A DNA stretch of 64,000 nucleotides from Verrucomicrobiota bacterium (GCA_016871805.1 VHCG01000006.1:32982-96981); one strand, 5' to 3'. Counted from the stretch's first letter, positions 1 through 10,400 are shown. A program made the numbers and translations. Notes: generated by a model not told the origin, from the sequence alone.

Positions 1-554
1 TCCGGGCTGCCGCGGAAATCCTCTTCCGGGAGGCCGGTGAGTTCGTCTTCGGGGAAGGGGAGGACTCCCTGGAACAGGTGCTCGTGCGGACCCTGACCCA
101 GCGGTCCCAGAGCCTGGCCCTGGCCGAGTCGTGCACCGGGGGGCATCTCGCGAATCGCATCACCAATGTTCCGGGGGCCTCGGCCGTGTTGTTGGCCGGG
201 GTGGTGTCGTATGCCAATGCCTCCAAGACCGCGTTGCTGGGGGTGTCGGAGGCCCTGCTGGCGGAGCATGGGGCGGTCAGCGAGCCCGTGGCCCGTGCGA
301 TGGCCGAGGGGGTGCGTCGTGTCACTGGGGCCGACTATGCCCTCAGCACGACGGGCATCGCGGGGCCGGGAGGTGGGACTGAGGAGAAGCCGGTGGGTAC
401 GGTCTTCATCGCGATTGCGGGTCCGCACGGCACCACCGTCCGAAAGCAGCTCAACCGGTTCGACCGCCTGACCTTCAAGTACTCGACCGCACAGCAGGCG
501 TTCAACCAGCTCCGGCTTGCCCTCGCGACAGCGTCGTCCCCGGGGCCTGGCTGA
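1..554 (+). CDS. cinA: CinA-family protein, C-terminal nicotinamide-nucleotide amidase (PncC-like) domain; 5' end outside window
   Basis: ORF 78..554 stays open in frame back to nt 3 (RAAAEILFREAGEFVFGEGEDSLEQ), so the gene enters from the left edge. CinA C-domain signature LALAESCTGGHLANRITNVPGAS...STTGIAGPGGG. Confidence 0.8.
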   Translation, partial: RAAAEILFREAGEFVFGEGEDSLEQVLVRTLTQRSQSLALAESCTGGHLANRITNVPGASAVLLAGVVSYANASKTALLGVSEALLAEHGAVSEPVARAMAEGVRRVTGADYALSTTGIAGPGGGTEEKPVGTVFIAIAGPHGTTVRKQLNRFDRLTFKYSTAQQAFNQLRLALATASSPGPG

Positions 555-570
555 CCTGTCCGGTGGGTCC

Positions 571-597
571 GGTGGGTGCCGCAGTGCCCCGCGCCCA
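571..597. repeat. Truncated copy of the GC-rich double-hairpin (REP-like) repeat
   Basis: ggtgggtgccgcagtgcccc matches the first 19 nt of the 17077 unit and 18 of the first 20 nt of the 11549 unit, then jumps to gcgccca. Lies in the cinA/GS spacer. Confidence 0.5.
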
Positions 598-776
598 TCA
601 CACCCCAGGGATGGCAAGCCATCCTGGCCCGGGTGTTGAGCCCGGGCTGGGTCCACCTCGGGTCAGTTCGGCCAGCCGATGTCCACCTCGGTCGAGACTG
701 GTCCTGTCTTCCGGATTCGTATCTCCTTCGCAGCATCACCGGGGCGCCACCCGTGCCCGGGTCCTCCGCACCTCCC

Positions 777-2156
777 ATGACGCTTGCCGAACTCACCGCA
801 CTCATCCGCAAAGGCACCATCGACACCGTCCTCGTCGCCATCCCCGATCCCTTCGGGCGTCTTGTGGGCAAGCGGTTCCATGCCGACTTCTTCCTGAAGA
901 GCGTCGCGCATCATGGCACCCATGGGTGCAACTACCTGCTGACGGTGAATCTCGACATGGACCCGCTCGAAGGATTCGCCGTGGCGAACTGGGAGTCGGG
1001 GTTTGGTGACTTCGAATTCCATCCCGACCTGTCCACCCTGCGCATCCTGCCATGGCAGCCCGGCGCGGCCCTTGTGATCTGCGATTTCAATCGTCCGGAT
1101 GGCCACCTCGTCGCGGAGGCGCCGCGGTCGGTCCTGCGTGGACAGCTCGCCCGCCTGGAGTCTCTGGGCTGGACCTGTGCCTGCGCCTCCGAACTGGAGT
1201 TCTATCTCTTCAACCAGACCTTCGAGTCGGCCTGCGCCTCCGGGTACCGCGACCTCATCCCCTCGAGCGACTACCGGATCGACTACCACCTCATGCAGAC
1301 GACCCGGGACGAGGCGCTGATGCGCACGATCCGCAACGGACTGGTGGGCGCCGGGATCCCGGTCGAGAGCAGCAAGGGCGAGTGGAGTCGGGGGCAGCAC
1401 GAGATCAACTTCACCTACGGCGCGCCGCTCGAGATGTGCGACCGGCATGTGCTCTTCAAGCAGGGGGTGAAGGAGATGGCAGCGCAGCATGGGAAGGCCG
1501 TGACGTTCATGGCCAAGTACTCGCCGACCGAGGCCGGAAACTCCTGTCACCTCCACCTCAGTCTCTGGAAGGGGGGGCGCAACCTCTTCGCGGCCGAGCC
1601 GGTTCGCGCGGGCAAGGGGAAAGGCACGGGGGAGGGGGCACCGCACTCGCCGTTGTTCCGGACGTTCCTGGGAGGACTGCTGAAGTACTCGCCGGAGCTG
1701 TGCCTCTTCTATGCCCCGACGGTGAACAGCTACAAGCGGTACCAGTCCGGCAGCTGGGCGCCAACCCGCATGGCCTGGGCGACCGACAACCGGACCACGG
1801 GATTCCGGATCGTCGGCAGCGGGAAGTCCTTCCGACCCGAGAACCGGATGCCGGGCGCGGACGCCAATCCGTACTTGGCCTTCTCGGCGATGCTCGTGGC
1901 CGGACTCGCAGGCGTCGAGGAGGGGCTCGACTGCGGTGAGGAATACCGCGGGAACGCCTACATCGATCCGAAGCTCGCCCGGTTGCCGTCGTCGCTTCGC
2001 GATGCGACCGACCTCTTCGATCGGTCCACGCTGGCCCGACGCGTCTTCGGGGACGGCGTTGTGGACTTCTACGTACGCCATGCACGACTGGAGCACCAGT
2101 CGTTCAGCGATGCGGTCACCGACTGGGAGAAGCGCCGGTACTTCGAGCAGATCTGA
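777..2156 (+). CDS. Glutamine synthetase family protein (type-I-like, possibly gamma-glutamyl-amine ligase)
   Basis: GS catalytic-domain blocks: SELEFYLF, KGEWSRGQHEINFTY, NSCHLHLSLW, NSYKRY, NRTTGFRIV. Start set at ATG 777 (MTLAELTALIRKGTIDTVLV); the track start at 576 runs through a repeat. Confidence 0.85.
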   Translation: MTLAELTALIRKGTIDTVLVAIPDPFGRLVGKRFHADFFLKSVAHHGTHGCNYLLTVNLDMDPLEGFAVANWESGFGDFEFHPDLSTLRILPWQPGAALVICDFNRPDGHLVAEAPRSVLRGQLARLESLGWTCACASELEFYLFNQTFESACASGYRDLIPSSDYRIDYHLMQTTRDEALMRTIRNGLVGAGIPVESSKGEWSRGQHEINFTYGAPLEMCDRHVLFKQGVKEMAAQHGKAVTFMAKYSPTEAGNSCHLHLSLWKGGRNLFAAEPVRAGKGKGTGEGAPHSPLFRTFLGGLLKYSPELCLFYAPTVNSYKRYQSGSWAPTRMAWATDNRTTGFRIVGSGKSFRPENRMPGADANPYLAFSAMLVAGLAGVEEGLDCGEEYRGNAYIDPKLARLPSSLRDATDLFDRSTLARRVFGDGVVDFYVRHARLEHQSFSDAVTDWEKRRYFEQI

Positions 2157-2209
2157 GCGGAGGGGACCGTTGGGCCGCCAGCGATCGCGGATCCGTCCCT
2201 CGGCCCGTC

Positions 2210-2770
2210 CTACGAGGCCGATCGCATCAGGTAGTGCGACAGCGCCACGACCACCAGCGCATGGCGGATGGTGCCGTTGGCCAAGAGTCTTGGGATCTGG
2301 TCGCGCGGGACGAGTCGGACCGCGATGTCCTCGGCCTGGTCGAATTCCGTTTCGTGGCGCAGCACGCAGTCCTTCACCAGCAGCGTGTGGCAGGTGTTCG
2401 ACTGGATGGCGGGGTTCGGGAAGATGCGGCCGATCAATTCCGCCTGCTGTCCCTCGTAGCCCGTCTCCTCGCGGAGTTCCCGGATGCCGGCGACAACCGG
2501 ATCGGTCTCATGGGGATCCATCACACCGCCAGGGATCTCGAGTTCGACCGTTTCGGATCCATGACGGAATTGCTCCACCATCACGATGCGTCCGTCCGGG
2601 GTCACCGGGACCACGTTCACCCAGTCGGGGCAGTCGATGACGAAGAAGTCGTGCTGGCTCCCCGTGCGGGGGTTGAGTTTCAGATCGGACCGAAGGGAGA
2701 AGATCCGGTAGTGGGCCACGGATCGTGAGGACATCCGATGCCAGGGCTTGATGGATGGATCTGGGGGCAT
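2210..2770 (-). CDS. NUDIX hydrolase (ADP-ribose pyrophosphatase-like)
   Basis: Nudix box GGVMDPHETDPVVAGIRELREETGY. Overall layout resembles NudF/ADPRase. Confidence 0.85.
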   Translation of the reverse strand: MPPDPSIKPWHRMSSRSVAHYRIFSLRSDLKLNPRTGSQHDFFVIDCPDWVNVVPVTPDGRIVMVEQFRHGSETVELEIPGGVMDPHETDPVVAGIRELREETGYEGQQAELIGRIFPNPAIQSNTCHTLLVKDCVLRHETEFDQAEDIAVRLVPRDQIPRLLANGTIRHALVVVALSHYLMRSAS

Positions 2771-2807
2771 CAGCGGGCTGTTGGAGCGGTACGGGCCGGC
2801 CTCTGGA

Positions 2808-3011
2808 TCAAGATCCGGTCCTGGACTGGGCGGCCCACCCCTGCGACATCAGCCGCAGGAGGTGGGTGAGGGCCTCTTCCGGGGTCCGCCCGGTGGTCTC
2901 CGAGAGCTGTCGGGCGCGCCGGCACAATTGTGCCGCCATGTCGGGACACTGGGCGGCCGGGCAGCCGAGGGATTCGAGGACCTGTGCGATCTCGCTGTCG
3001 GAGGGGACCAT
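2808..3011 (-). CDS. Hypothetical small protein (67 aa)
   Basis: Internal ATG of ORF 2808..3113 that fits exactly between ppiB (ends 3037) and the NUDIX gene (starts 2770). GC-rich third positions resemble the neighbours. No family recognised. Confidence 0.4.
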   Translation of the reverse strand: MVPSDSEIAQVLESLGCPAAQCPDMAAQLCRRARQLSETTGRTPEEALTHLLRLMSQGWAAQSRTGS

Positions 3012-3036
3012 CGCGTCCGGTGCTGGTGGGACGGTC

Positions 3037-3567
3037 TCAGCCCAGGGAGGCCCGGCTGACGATCTTGATGGAGGCCACGTTCTGCCGTTCCACGGGTCGG
3101 CTCCGCTCTCCACCGCCGGCCACGCGGGTGGGCACCTCGCCGAGCTTGCCGAGGACGTCGTCCCCCTGCACCAGCGTTCCGAACGCCGTGTACTGGCGAT
3201 CGAGGAAGGAGGCGTCGCCTAGGCAGATGAAGAACTGGCACCCTGCGGAGTCGGGATTCGCCGAGCGGGCCATCGAGATCACGCCGCGCTGATGGGACTT
3301 GGCGTTGAACTCCGCCTTGATCTTGTAGCCCGGGTCCCCGGTGCCCCACCGGGCCTCCATGGAGGGGTCCTTGGTGAGCGGATCCCCACCCTGGACCATG
3401 AACCCGCGGACGATCCTGTGGAACGCCGTGCCGTCATAGAATCCCTGGCTGGCGAGCTTCTTGAAGTTCTCGACGGTCTTCGGGGCGACGTCGGACCAGA
3501 ACTCCAACACCATGCGGCCTTGGGAGGTTTCGATGATGGCGACGTCGTCGGGCTGGGGGGTGCTCAT
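3037..3567 (-). CDS. ppiB: Peptidyl-prolyl cis-trans isomerase, cyclophilin type (cytoplasmic)
   Basis: Cyclophilin motifs FHRIVRGFMVQGGDP, SMARSANPDSAGCQFFI, YTAFG. No signal peptide. Confidence 0.93.
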   Translation of the reverse strand: MSTPQPDDVAIIETSQGRMVLEFWSDVAPKTVENFKKLASQGFYDGTAFHRIVRGFMVQGGDPLTKDPSMEARWGTGDPGYKIKAEFNAKSHQRGVISMARSANPDSAGCQFFICLGDASFLDRQYTAFGTLVQGDDVLGKLGEVPTRVAGGGERSRPVERQNVASIKIVSRASLG

Positions 3568-3597
3568 GGAGGAGAGGTAGGGGAGTCTTGGGGTGCC

Positions 3598-4203
3598 TTA
3601 CTTCGCGGGCTTCAGTTCGGAGCGGGGAATGAGGGTGGCGCTCTCCAGGACCACCGGGGTCTTGGGGCTGCTGCCTTGGGGTCCACCTACGGGAACAGCC
3701 TGGAGCTTGTCGAGGACATCCATGCCCTGGATCACCTTGGCGAAGGCCGTGTATTGGCGGTCGAGATGCGACGCCGTGCCGAAGCAGATGAAGAACTGGC
3801 TGCCGGCCGAGTCTGGGTCCCGGCTCCGGGCCATCGAGACGGTCCCCTTCACATGGGGACGGTCGTTGAACTCGGCCTTGATCTTGTAGCCCGGGTCCCC
3901 GGTGCCCCAGCGGGCCTCCATCGCAGGGTCTTTCGTGAGCGGATCGCCCAGCTGGATCATGAATCCGGGGATGAGGCGGTGCGACTTGGTGCCGTTGTAG
4001 AATTTGTCACCGGCGAGCTTCTTGAAGTTCTCGACGGTCTTCGGGGCGACTTCGGGTGAGAACTCGAGGACAATATCTCCGAAGTCCTTGAACTTGAGGA
4101 CCGCGACCGTGTCTGCGGCGGCGGTCTTGGGGGCATCGGCCGCGTTCAGGGACAGGCTCAAAACAGCGAACCCGAGACAGATCAGGAAGTGCAGTTGCTT
4201 CAT
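3598..4203 (-). CDS. ppiA: Peptidyl-prolyl cis-trans isomerase, cyclophilin type, secreted
   Basis: Start set at ATG 4203 (MKQLHFLICLGFAVLSLSLNAADA, signal peptide), followed by cyclophilin motifs SHRLIPGFMIQLGDP, SMARSRDPDSAGSQFFI. Confidence 0.9.
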   Translation of the reverse strand: MKQLHFLICLGFAVLSLSLNAADAPKTAAADTVAVLKFKDFGDIVLEFSPEVAPKTVENFKKLAGDKFYNGTKSHRLIPGFMIQLGDPLTKDPAMEARWGTGDPGYKIKAEFNDRPHVKGTVSMARSRDPDSAGSQFFICFGTASHLDRQYTAFAKVIQGMDVLDKLQAVPVGGPQGSSPKTPVVLESATLIPRSELKPAK

Positions 4204-4299
4204 GGCCTGCAAAGGAATCCACAGCCACCTGCAGGTGTCACGCGGAAGTTCATTCCGGAGCAGGTGGAGAGCTGGTGATTCGTGTGGCGGTGCCCCCGG

Positions 4300-4345
4300 G
4301 GTGGGTGATGCAGTGCCCTGCATCACTGGGTGCGGCAGCACCCAC
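4300..4345. repeat. Minimal double-hairpin REP-like unit
   Basis: ggtgggt GATGCAG tgcc CTGCATC ac TGGGTGC ggca GCACCCA c: two adjacent perfect 7-bp hairpins. Same layout as the units at 11549 and 17077 but with different stem sequences. Confidence 0.6.
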
Positions 4346-4446
4346 TGGGGCGTGCCCCTAAAGTGGTTCTTCGCTGTTTTCAGTGGCTGTGAGCTCGATG
4401 GACGCCTCAGGGGCCACCCGGTCGATCCCGGAGGGATCAAAGCGAT

Positions 4447-4656
4447 TAGCCGGTGGTTGAGCGCGGCGACACCACCGGAGTCGGACGCCCGAAGATCTTC
4501 CTACACCCCGGAGGGGTGCCAGCCGCGTCGAGAAACCCTCTGTCGAGGAACCGCAACGGAGTCCGGTCGGCATCGTGGCGTAGCTGGCATCCCTGGCGGG
4601 ATGCAATGCCTCTTGACCCTGTGACCGCTGGTGTCGCCGCGCTCAACCACCGGCTA
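4447..4656. mobile_element. MITE-like non-autonomous element, 210 bp with 32-bp terminal inverted repeats
   Basis: Left end tagccggtggttgagcgcggcgacaccaccgg (4447-4478) matches the reverse complement of 4625-4656 at 31 of 32 positions. Interior has further small hairpins (gcatccc tggc gggatgc). No credible coding capacity. Confidence 0.6.
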
Positions 4657-4996
4657 CCTGCTGGAATGCCTCCGGCATTGGAGATCCCCTGGGTCCATCC
4701 ACCGAAAACGACGAAGTACCCCTCAAGGTGGGGTTTGGAACGGGGTGCTGGCGGATTCTGGGCACGGGGCCCGCACACGGTAGGGCTCCGACCCGGTGCG
4801 TTGCCTCACCCATCAGGCCCTCACATCCCATCGAAGGATTCGGGATCCCCAGGCTTTCCACCCGACTGGAGCAATTGGAATGGGGTGGTCAAAAAACGAC
4901 AGATATCCGATGGGATACCGAGGGCTCAGGTTTTGTTCATCTATTGTAAAATGCTGAAATCAAGATGGATACGAGCAAATGTGAGGACTGATTTGA

Positions 4997-5458
<462 letters not shown>

Positions 5459-5494
5459 TCCAACCCCGAACACAGACTTCAACCACACAAAACC

Positions 5495-6904
5495 ATGAAG
5501 AAACTCCTACTGACCCTGGCCCTTGCGATCGGCTGCTCGTGGATCCTCACCGCTGCCGATGCCCCTACGGAACCCACGCTGGAGCAGCGCGTGGCGGACA
5601 TCGAGGCCTACATGAACAACGGTGCGCGCACGCCGGATGTCGCCTCGAAGGTTGCGGGACCCGGACCCGGTCACAATGCCTGGCAGATGACCTCGACCGC
5701 CCTGGTGCTGTTCATGACCCTCCCTGGACTCGCCCTATTCTACGGTGGCTTGGTCCGCAAGAAGAACGTGCTGTCGGTCCTCGCCCAGTGCATGGGCATC
5801 GCTGGTCTCGTGACCATCCTCTGGTGGGCGGTCGGGTACAGCCTGTCCTTCGGGGGAGGCAACGCGTTCATCGGCGACACCGCCTACGCGATGTTCAAGG
5901 GCGTCGAGCCCGGCAAGGTGGGCGCGGGCTACCACTGGATCAGCGATTCCATGTGGGCGATGTTCCAGCTCACGTTCGCCATCATCACCCCTGCGCTCAT
6001 CCTCGGCGCCATTGCCGAGCGCATGAAGTTCTCCGCCGTCCTGCTGTTCGTCGCGATCTGGATGTTCGTCGTCTACTTCCCCTTCGCCCACATGATTTGG
6101 TCCACGACGGGTTTCATGTGCGGTCCGCTGAACAAGGACGCGGGCATCAAGGCGATCGATTTCGCAGGCGGCACTGTGGTGCATATGACCTCCGGATGGA
6201 GCGCGCTGATCCTCTGCATCATCCTCGGCAAGCGCCGCGGCTTCGGTAAGGAACCCATGACGCCGCACTCGATGACGCTCTGCATGGTCGGCACTGGCAT
6301 GCTCTGGGTTGGATGGTACGGATTCAACGCGGGCTCCGCGCTTGGGGCTGACGCGATCGCCTCCAATGCCTTCACCACGACCACCCTGGCTGCCGCCGTC
6401 GCGGGCTTAGTCTGGCCGATGTGCGAGTGGATCATCCGCGGCAAGCCCAGCGTGCTCGGCTTCTGCTCCGGCATCGTCGCGGGTCTCGTCGTCATCACCC
6501 CCGCCTGCGGCTTCGTGAACGCCTCCTCCGCGGTCATCATCGGCGTCCTGGCGGGTGTCGTTCCGTTCCTCGCCTGCTCCTACCTGAAGAAGGCCCTCGG
6601 CTATGATGATGCGCTCGACACCTTCGGCGTGCACGGCGTGGGCGGCACCATGGGTGCCATTGTCACCGGCATATTTGCCGACGAGAGCGTCAATGGAGTT
6701 CTTGGCAAGGGCGGCATGGACCTGCTCCCCGGACTTCTGGGCAATCAGATCAAGGCCGTACTGGTCACCATCGTCTGGAGCGTCGTGGCCACCACCATCA
6801 TCGCGTTCATCGTGAAGGCCGTCATCGGCCTGCGTCCGAGCGATGAGGTGGAGATCTCCGGACTCGACCTCGCCGAGCATGGCGAGGAGGGGTATCACGG
6901 CTGA
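5495..6904 (+). CDS. amtB: Ammonium transporter (Amt family) with signal peptide
   Basis: Amt signature DFAGGTVVHMTSGWSALILCIILGKR and multiple TM segments. N-terminal MKKLLLTLALAIGCSWILTAADA. Confidence 0.95.
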   Translation: MKKLLLTLALAIGCSWILTAADAPTEPTLEQRVADIEAYMNNGARTPDVASKVAGPGPGHNAWQMTSTALVLFMTLPGLALFYGGLVRKKNVLSVLAQCMGIAGLVTILWWAVGYSLSFGGGNAFIGDTAYAMFKGVEPGKVGAGYHWISDSMWAMFQLTFAIITPALILGAIAERMKFSAVLLFVAIWMFVVYFPFAHMIWSTTGFMCGPLNKDAGIKAIDFAGGTVVHMTSGWSALILCIILGKRRGFGKEPMTPHSMTLCMVGTGMLWVGWYGFNAGSALGADAIASNAFTTTTLAAAVAGLVWPMCEWIIRGKPSVLGFCSGIVAGLVVITPACGFVNASSAVIIGVLAGVVPFLACSYLKKALGYDDALDTFGVHGVGGTMGAIVTGIFADESVNGVLGKGGMDLLPGLLGNQIKAVLVTIVWSVVATTIIAFIVKAVIGLRPSDEVEISGLDLAEHGEEGYHG

Positions 6905-6924
6905 TCCGGTTTCCGAAACCCACC

Positions 6925-6952
6925 AAGGCGCGCCTTCGGGCGCGCCTTTTTT
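6925..6952 (+). terminator. Rho-independent terminator after amtB
   Basis: aaggcgcgcc ttcg ggcgcgcctt followed by tttt. Perfect 10-bp stem, 20 nt after the stop codon. Confidence 0.7.
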
Positions 6953-7473
6953 CATTTCCAGGGGACATCCCTTTCGGAGTCGCCATCCCAAACGCCGGCA
7001 TGCCAGAGACACCTTGGACGTTTCCGAGCATGCGTCCGTTGTGTCGTGTTTGCAATTCGCCGTACAGGCGTGTGGGCTCGTTGGTTCGCCAAGCCCCTCT
7101 GGAAGGTTTTGAGGTCACCTGAACTGAGCGACCTACGCCACACTTCCACCGCTCGACTCGAATCTCGACGGGGGCCTCTTTTCAGTCCAGGCCTCCTTTC
7201 CGGGGGCAGCCCGCCCCGAGGATGCGACAAACCACACCATTTTGCTTGTTCAGTACGCCCGGAGTCTGTACGACTTGAACAAGTTCTCCCGTGATCCCGC
7301 ACTGGATTCCAGTTGCGTCGTTCCGAGGAGGCGAAACCCAAAGTTAACATAAATTACTAATGTTTAACGCGTTGCCATGGTTGTTTCGGCGGCTCTCGGG
7401 CCGTTGGACGAGGAGCCATGGCGGCGATCCCTGCAGTGTAGCTACATCCCCTAAATCCTCACCAAGTAAACCT

Positions 7474-10400
7474 ATGCAAACATCTAACCTCCGTACGCTC
7501 CCGTACGCCGCTGGCGTTGCCGCGGCAGCGGCGCTGATCGGCATGTCTGCGGCGCAGGCGGCCGACAAGACGTGGGACTTCACCAACGATCCGTCGGGTG
7601 AACTCACCATCGCTGGCAACAACGACCAACCGTGGCAGAACGCGGGTGGCAACCCGGGTGGCTTCCTGGCGTTGACCTATCCTCAAAACAGCCAATACGC
7701 CGCGGTCGTCTTCCCGAACCTGGATGTCGGCAAGATCGTCACCGGATTCACCATTTCGGCCGATCTCCGCGTTGGTAATCCAACCGGTAACCGCGCAGCG
7801 GATGGCTTCAGCGTGAGTTTTGCTCGCGATGGAGACCCGATCCTCGCCGACCCCGGCAGTGACACCGGTTTCGCCGGCCGCTGCTGCGCTGAGACGGGAA
7901 CCCGAACCGGTATCGCAGTGTCGTTCGACACTTGGCAGGGCAATACGTTCCCGAACGATCCGGCCGACACGACGGACATCGAGGGCATCATCGTCCGTTT
8001 GGATGACGTGACCGTGAAGAAGGTCGGCTTGCCGACCCGCAACGGCGCGTGCGATGACCTCACCACCCTGCAGACCGGTCCTCGTGACGCGGATTATTGG
8101 AATGCTGGTGGCGACGCCCGGGCTGCCGACTCCTGGAAAACCCTCTGCTGGAAGCCATTCGCCATCAACCTGACCACCGACGGCAAGCTGACGGTGTCGT
8201 GGAAGGGCAACGCGGTGCTGGACGGGTTCCAGACGGCGTACTTCCCGACCGCCGGACAGCTCGTCCTCGCGTCCCGTACCGGTGGTGCCAACGAGCACAC
8301 CCACTTCGACAACCTGAAGTTGACAACGATCGCCCAGACCGTCACCGCGATTCCTGGCCCCGTGAGCAATCTCAAGGCGGCTGAAGCCGGTGCGAACCGG
8401 GTTCTTCTGACCTGGGACAAGGCTTCGGTTGCCGGTGATGCCAACGCGAAGGTGGCCTATGAGGTGCTCCGCGACGGTGTTGTGATCGCTCCCACCCTCA
8501 CTGCGCTCACCTTCGAGGACCGGGGTGTGAACCCGACCAAGTCCTACACCTATGTCGTGCGCGGCAAGAACATCGCTGGCGCCGCGGGTCCGGACACGAC
8601 CCTCAACGTCACAACCGCGGGCCTTGTGGATCTCTCCGCCTTTCTCCAGGCCAAGGTCTGGTTCGGCATCAGTGGCACAGCCGTGGATGCGCTCCTGAGC
8701 GATCCTCACTACCAAGATCCTCCGGACAAGACCTATTACGTCAACGGCATGAGCTTCGGCGAGACCTCTGGTTTCGGAAACACCTACGGCGATAACTTCG
8801 GCGTGGTGATCCAAGGTACCTTCACGGCCCCTGAAACCGCTTCGTACAAGTTCTTTGTTCGCTCGGACGACGCCAGCCAGCTGTTCATCAATACGGCGGG
8901 CGGCACTGCTCCTGATCCGACGGCCAGCACGCCGATCGCGAATGAGGACGGCTGCTGCAAGAGCTTCCTCGAGGACGCTCCGTACGCCAGCGAGGCGATC
9001 GCCCTCACGGCCGGCAAGCAGTACGGTCTGACCTACGTCGTCAAGGAAGGCGGCGGCGGCGACTGGGGTCAGGTGGCCATCCGCAAGGAGGGTGATTCCA
9101 CCCCCGCGGGCAGCCTGAGCCCGATCCGTGGTGCCATTCTCTCCGGCAAGGGCGATGGGGTTGGCGCTTCGATCTCGTTCACCACGCAGCCGGCCAATCT
9201 GACCGTCACGGCCAATGGCCCGGCGGAGATGAACGCCGAAGCCACCGGTTCGTCGCCCTACGGCGCCGACTACGGCAAGTCGGTTGTCTATCAGTGGTAC
9301 GTGAACGGCACCCCGGTGCTCGGAGCCAATGGTCCGAAGTTCTCCGTGGCCGTCACCCCGAAGGCCTATAACGGCGCGAAGGTCAAGGTCGTCGCCTCTG
9401 TCGCGGGAGCCTCTGTGACCAGCACCGAGGCGATCCTGACCGTCAACGACGACAAGGTCGCCCCGACCGTCAAGCGCGTCAGCGGTTCCGACACGTTTGA
9501 TTCCATCACGGTCATCTTCTCCGAGCCCGTCGTGGATCCCTCCGCGCTGGATGCCTCGAAGTACAAGGTCACCGGCCTGACCCTCAGCGCCGGAACCCGC
9601 ATCAATGATCGTACTATCCGGTTCACCACCACCAAGCAGGCGCTGGACACCAAGTATGACGTGACCATCACTGGCGTGCTCGACCTCGCCAGCAATGCCT
9701 CGGCCTACACCGGGTCGTTCGTCTCCTACCGGTTCCAGCCGGGCGTGGTTCAGTTCAACATCTGGAACAACGAGACTGGCGGTTTCGACAGCTTCGACCC
9801 GAACAAGGCTCCGACCCAGGTCCGCCTTGTTGACAAGTACTTCACCGGCACGGGTCTGTTCGAGAACTACTTCGGCCAGCTGAAGGGTCTCTTCAAGGCA
9901 CCGAAGACCGGCGACTACGTGTTCTGGGTGGCCTCCGACGACCACGGCGAGCTGTACCTCAGCACCGACGAGAATCCGGCGAACAAGAAGAGGATTGCCG
10001 AAGAACCAGCATGGTGCGATCCCATGTATTGGAAGACAGACGGGGGCGCCAACTCCGGCTCCCGCGGCGAAGCTGGCCAGACCACCAACCGCTCCGACGA
10101 GTATCCCAACACGGAGTGGGCCGGTGGTCAGGGTGCCAAGATCACTCTGCAAGCGGGTAAGAGCTACTACCTCGAGGTCCTCTACAAGGAGGGCGGCGGT
10201 GGTGACCACGGTGCGGCCACGTTCACCTACCTCGGTGATCCGGTCCCGAACAACGGCCAGACCGCTCTGACCGGCGACAATGTGGGTTGGTACATCGATC
10301 CGCAGACCTCGCCTCCGATCCTCGCCAAAGCCCCGGCTACGCAGAAGTTTGAGCGTGGTGGCACGATCAAGTTCGTCGCCGAGGTGACTTCGGCCCTGCC

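Noticed and set aside
4446-4778. ORFs crossing the MITE-like element (110 aa minus; 206 aa plus, 4004..4624) giving ...SRWLSAATP... peptides
   Set aside because: The same peptide arises on both strands because of the inverted repeat. There is no start context or domain. I interpret it as translated repeat.
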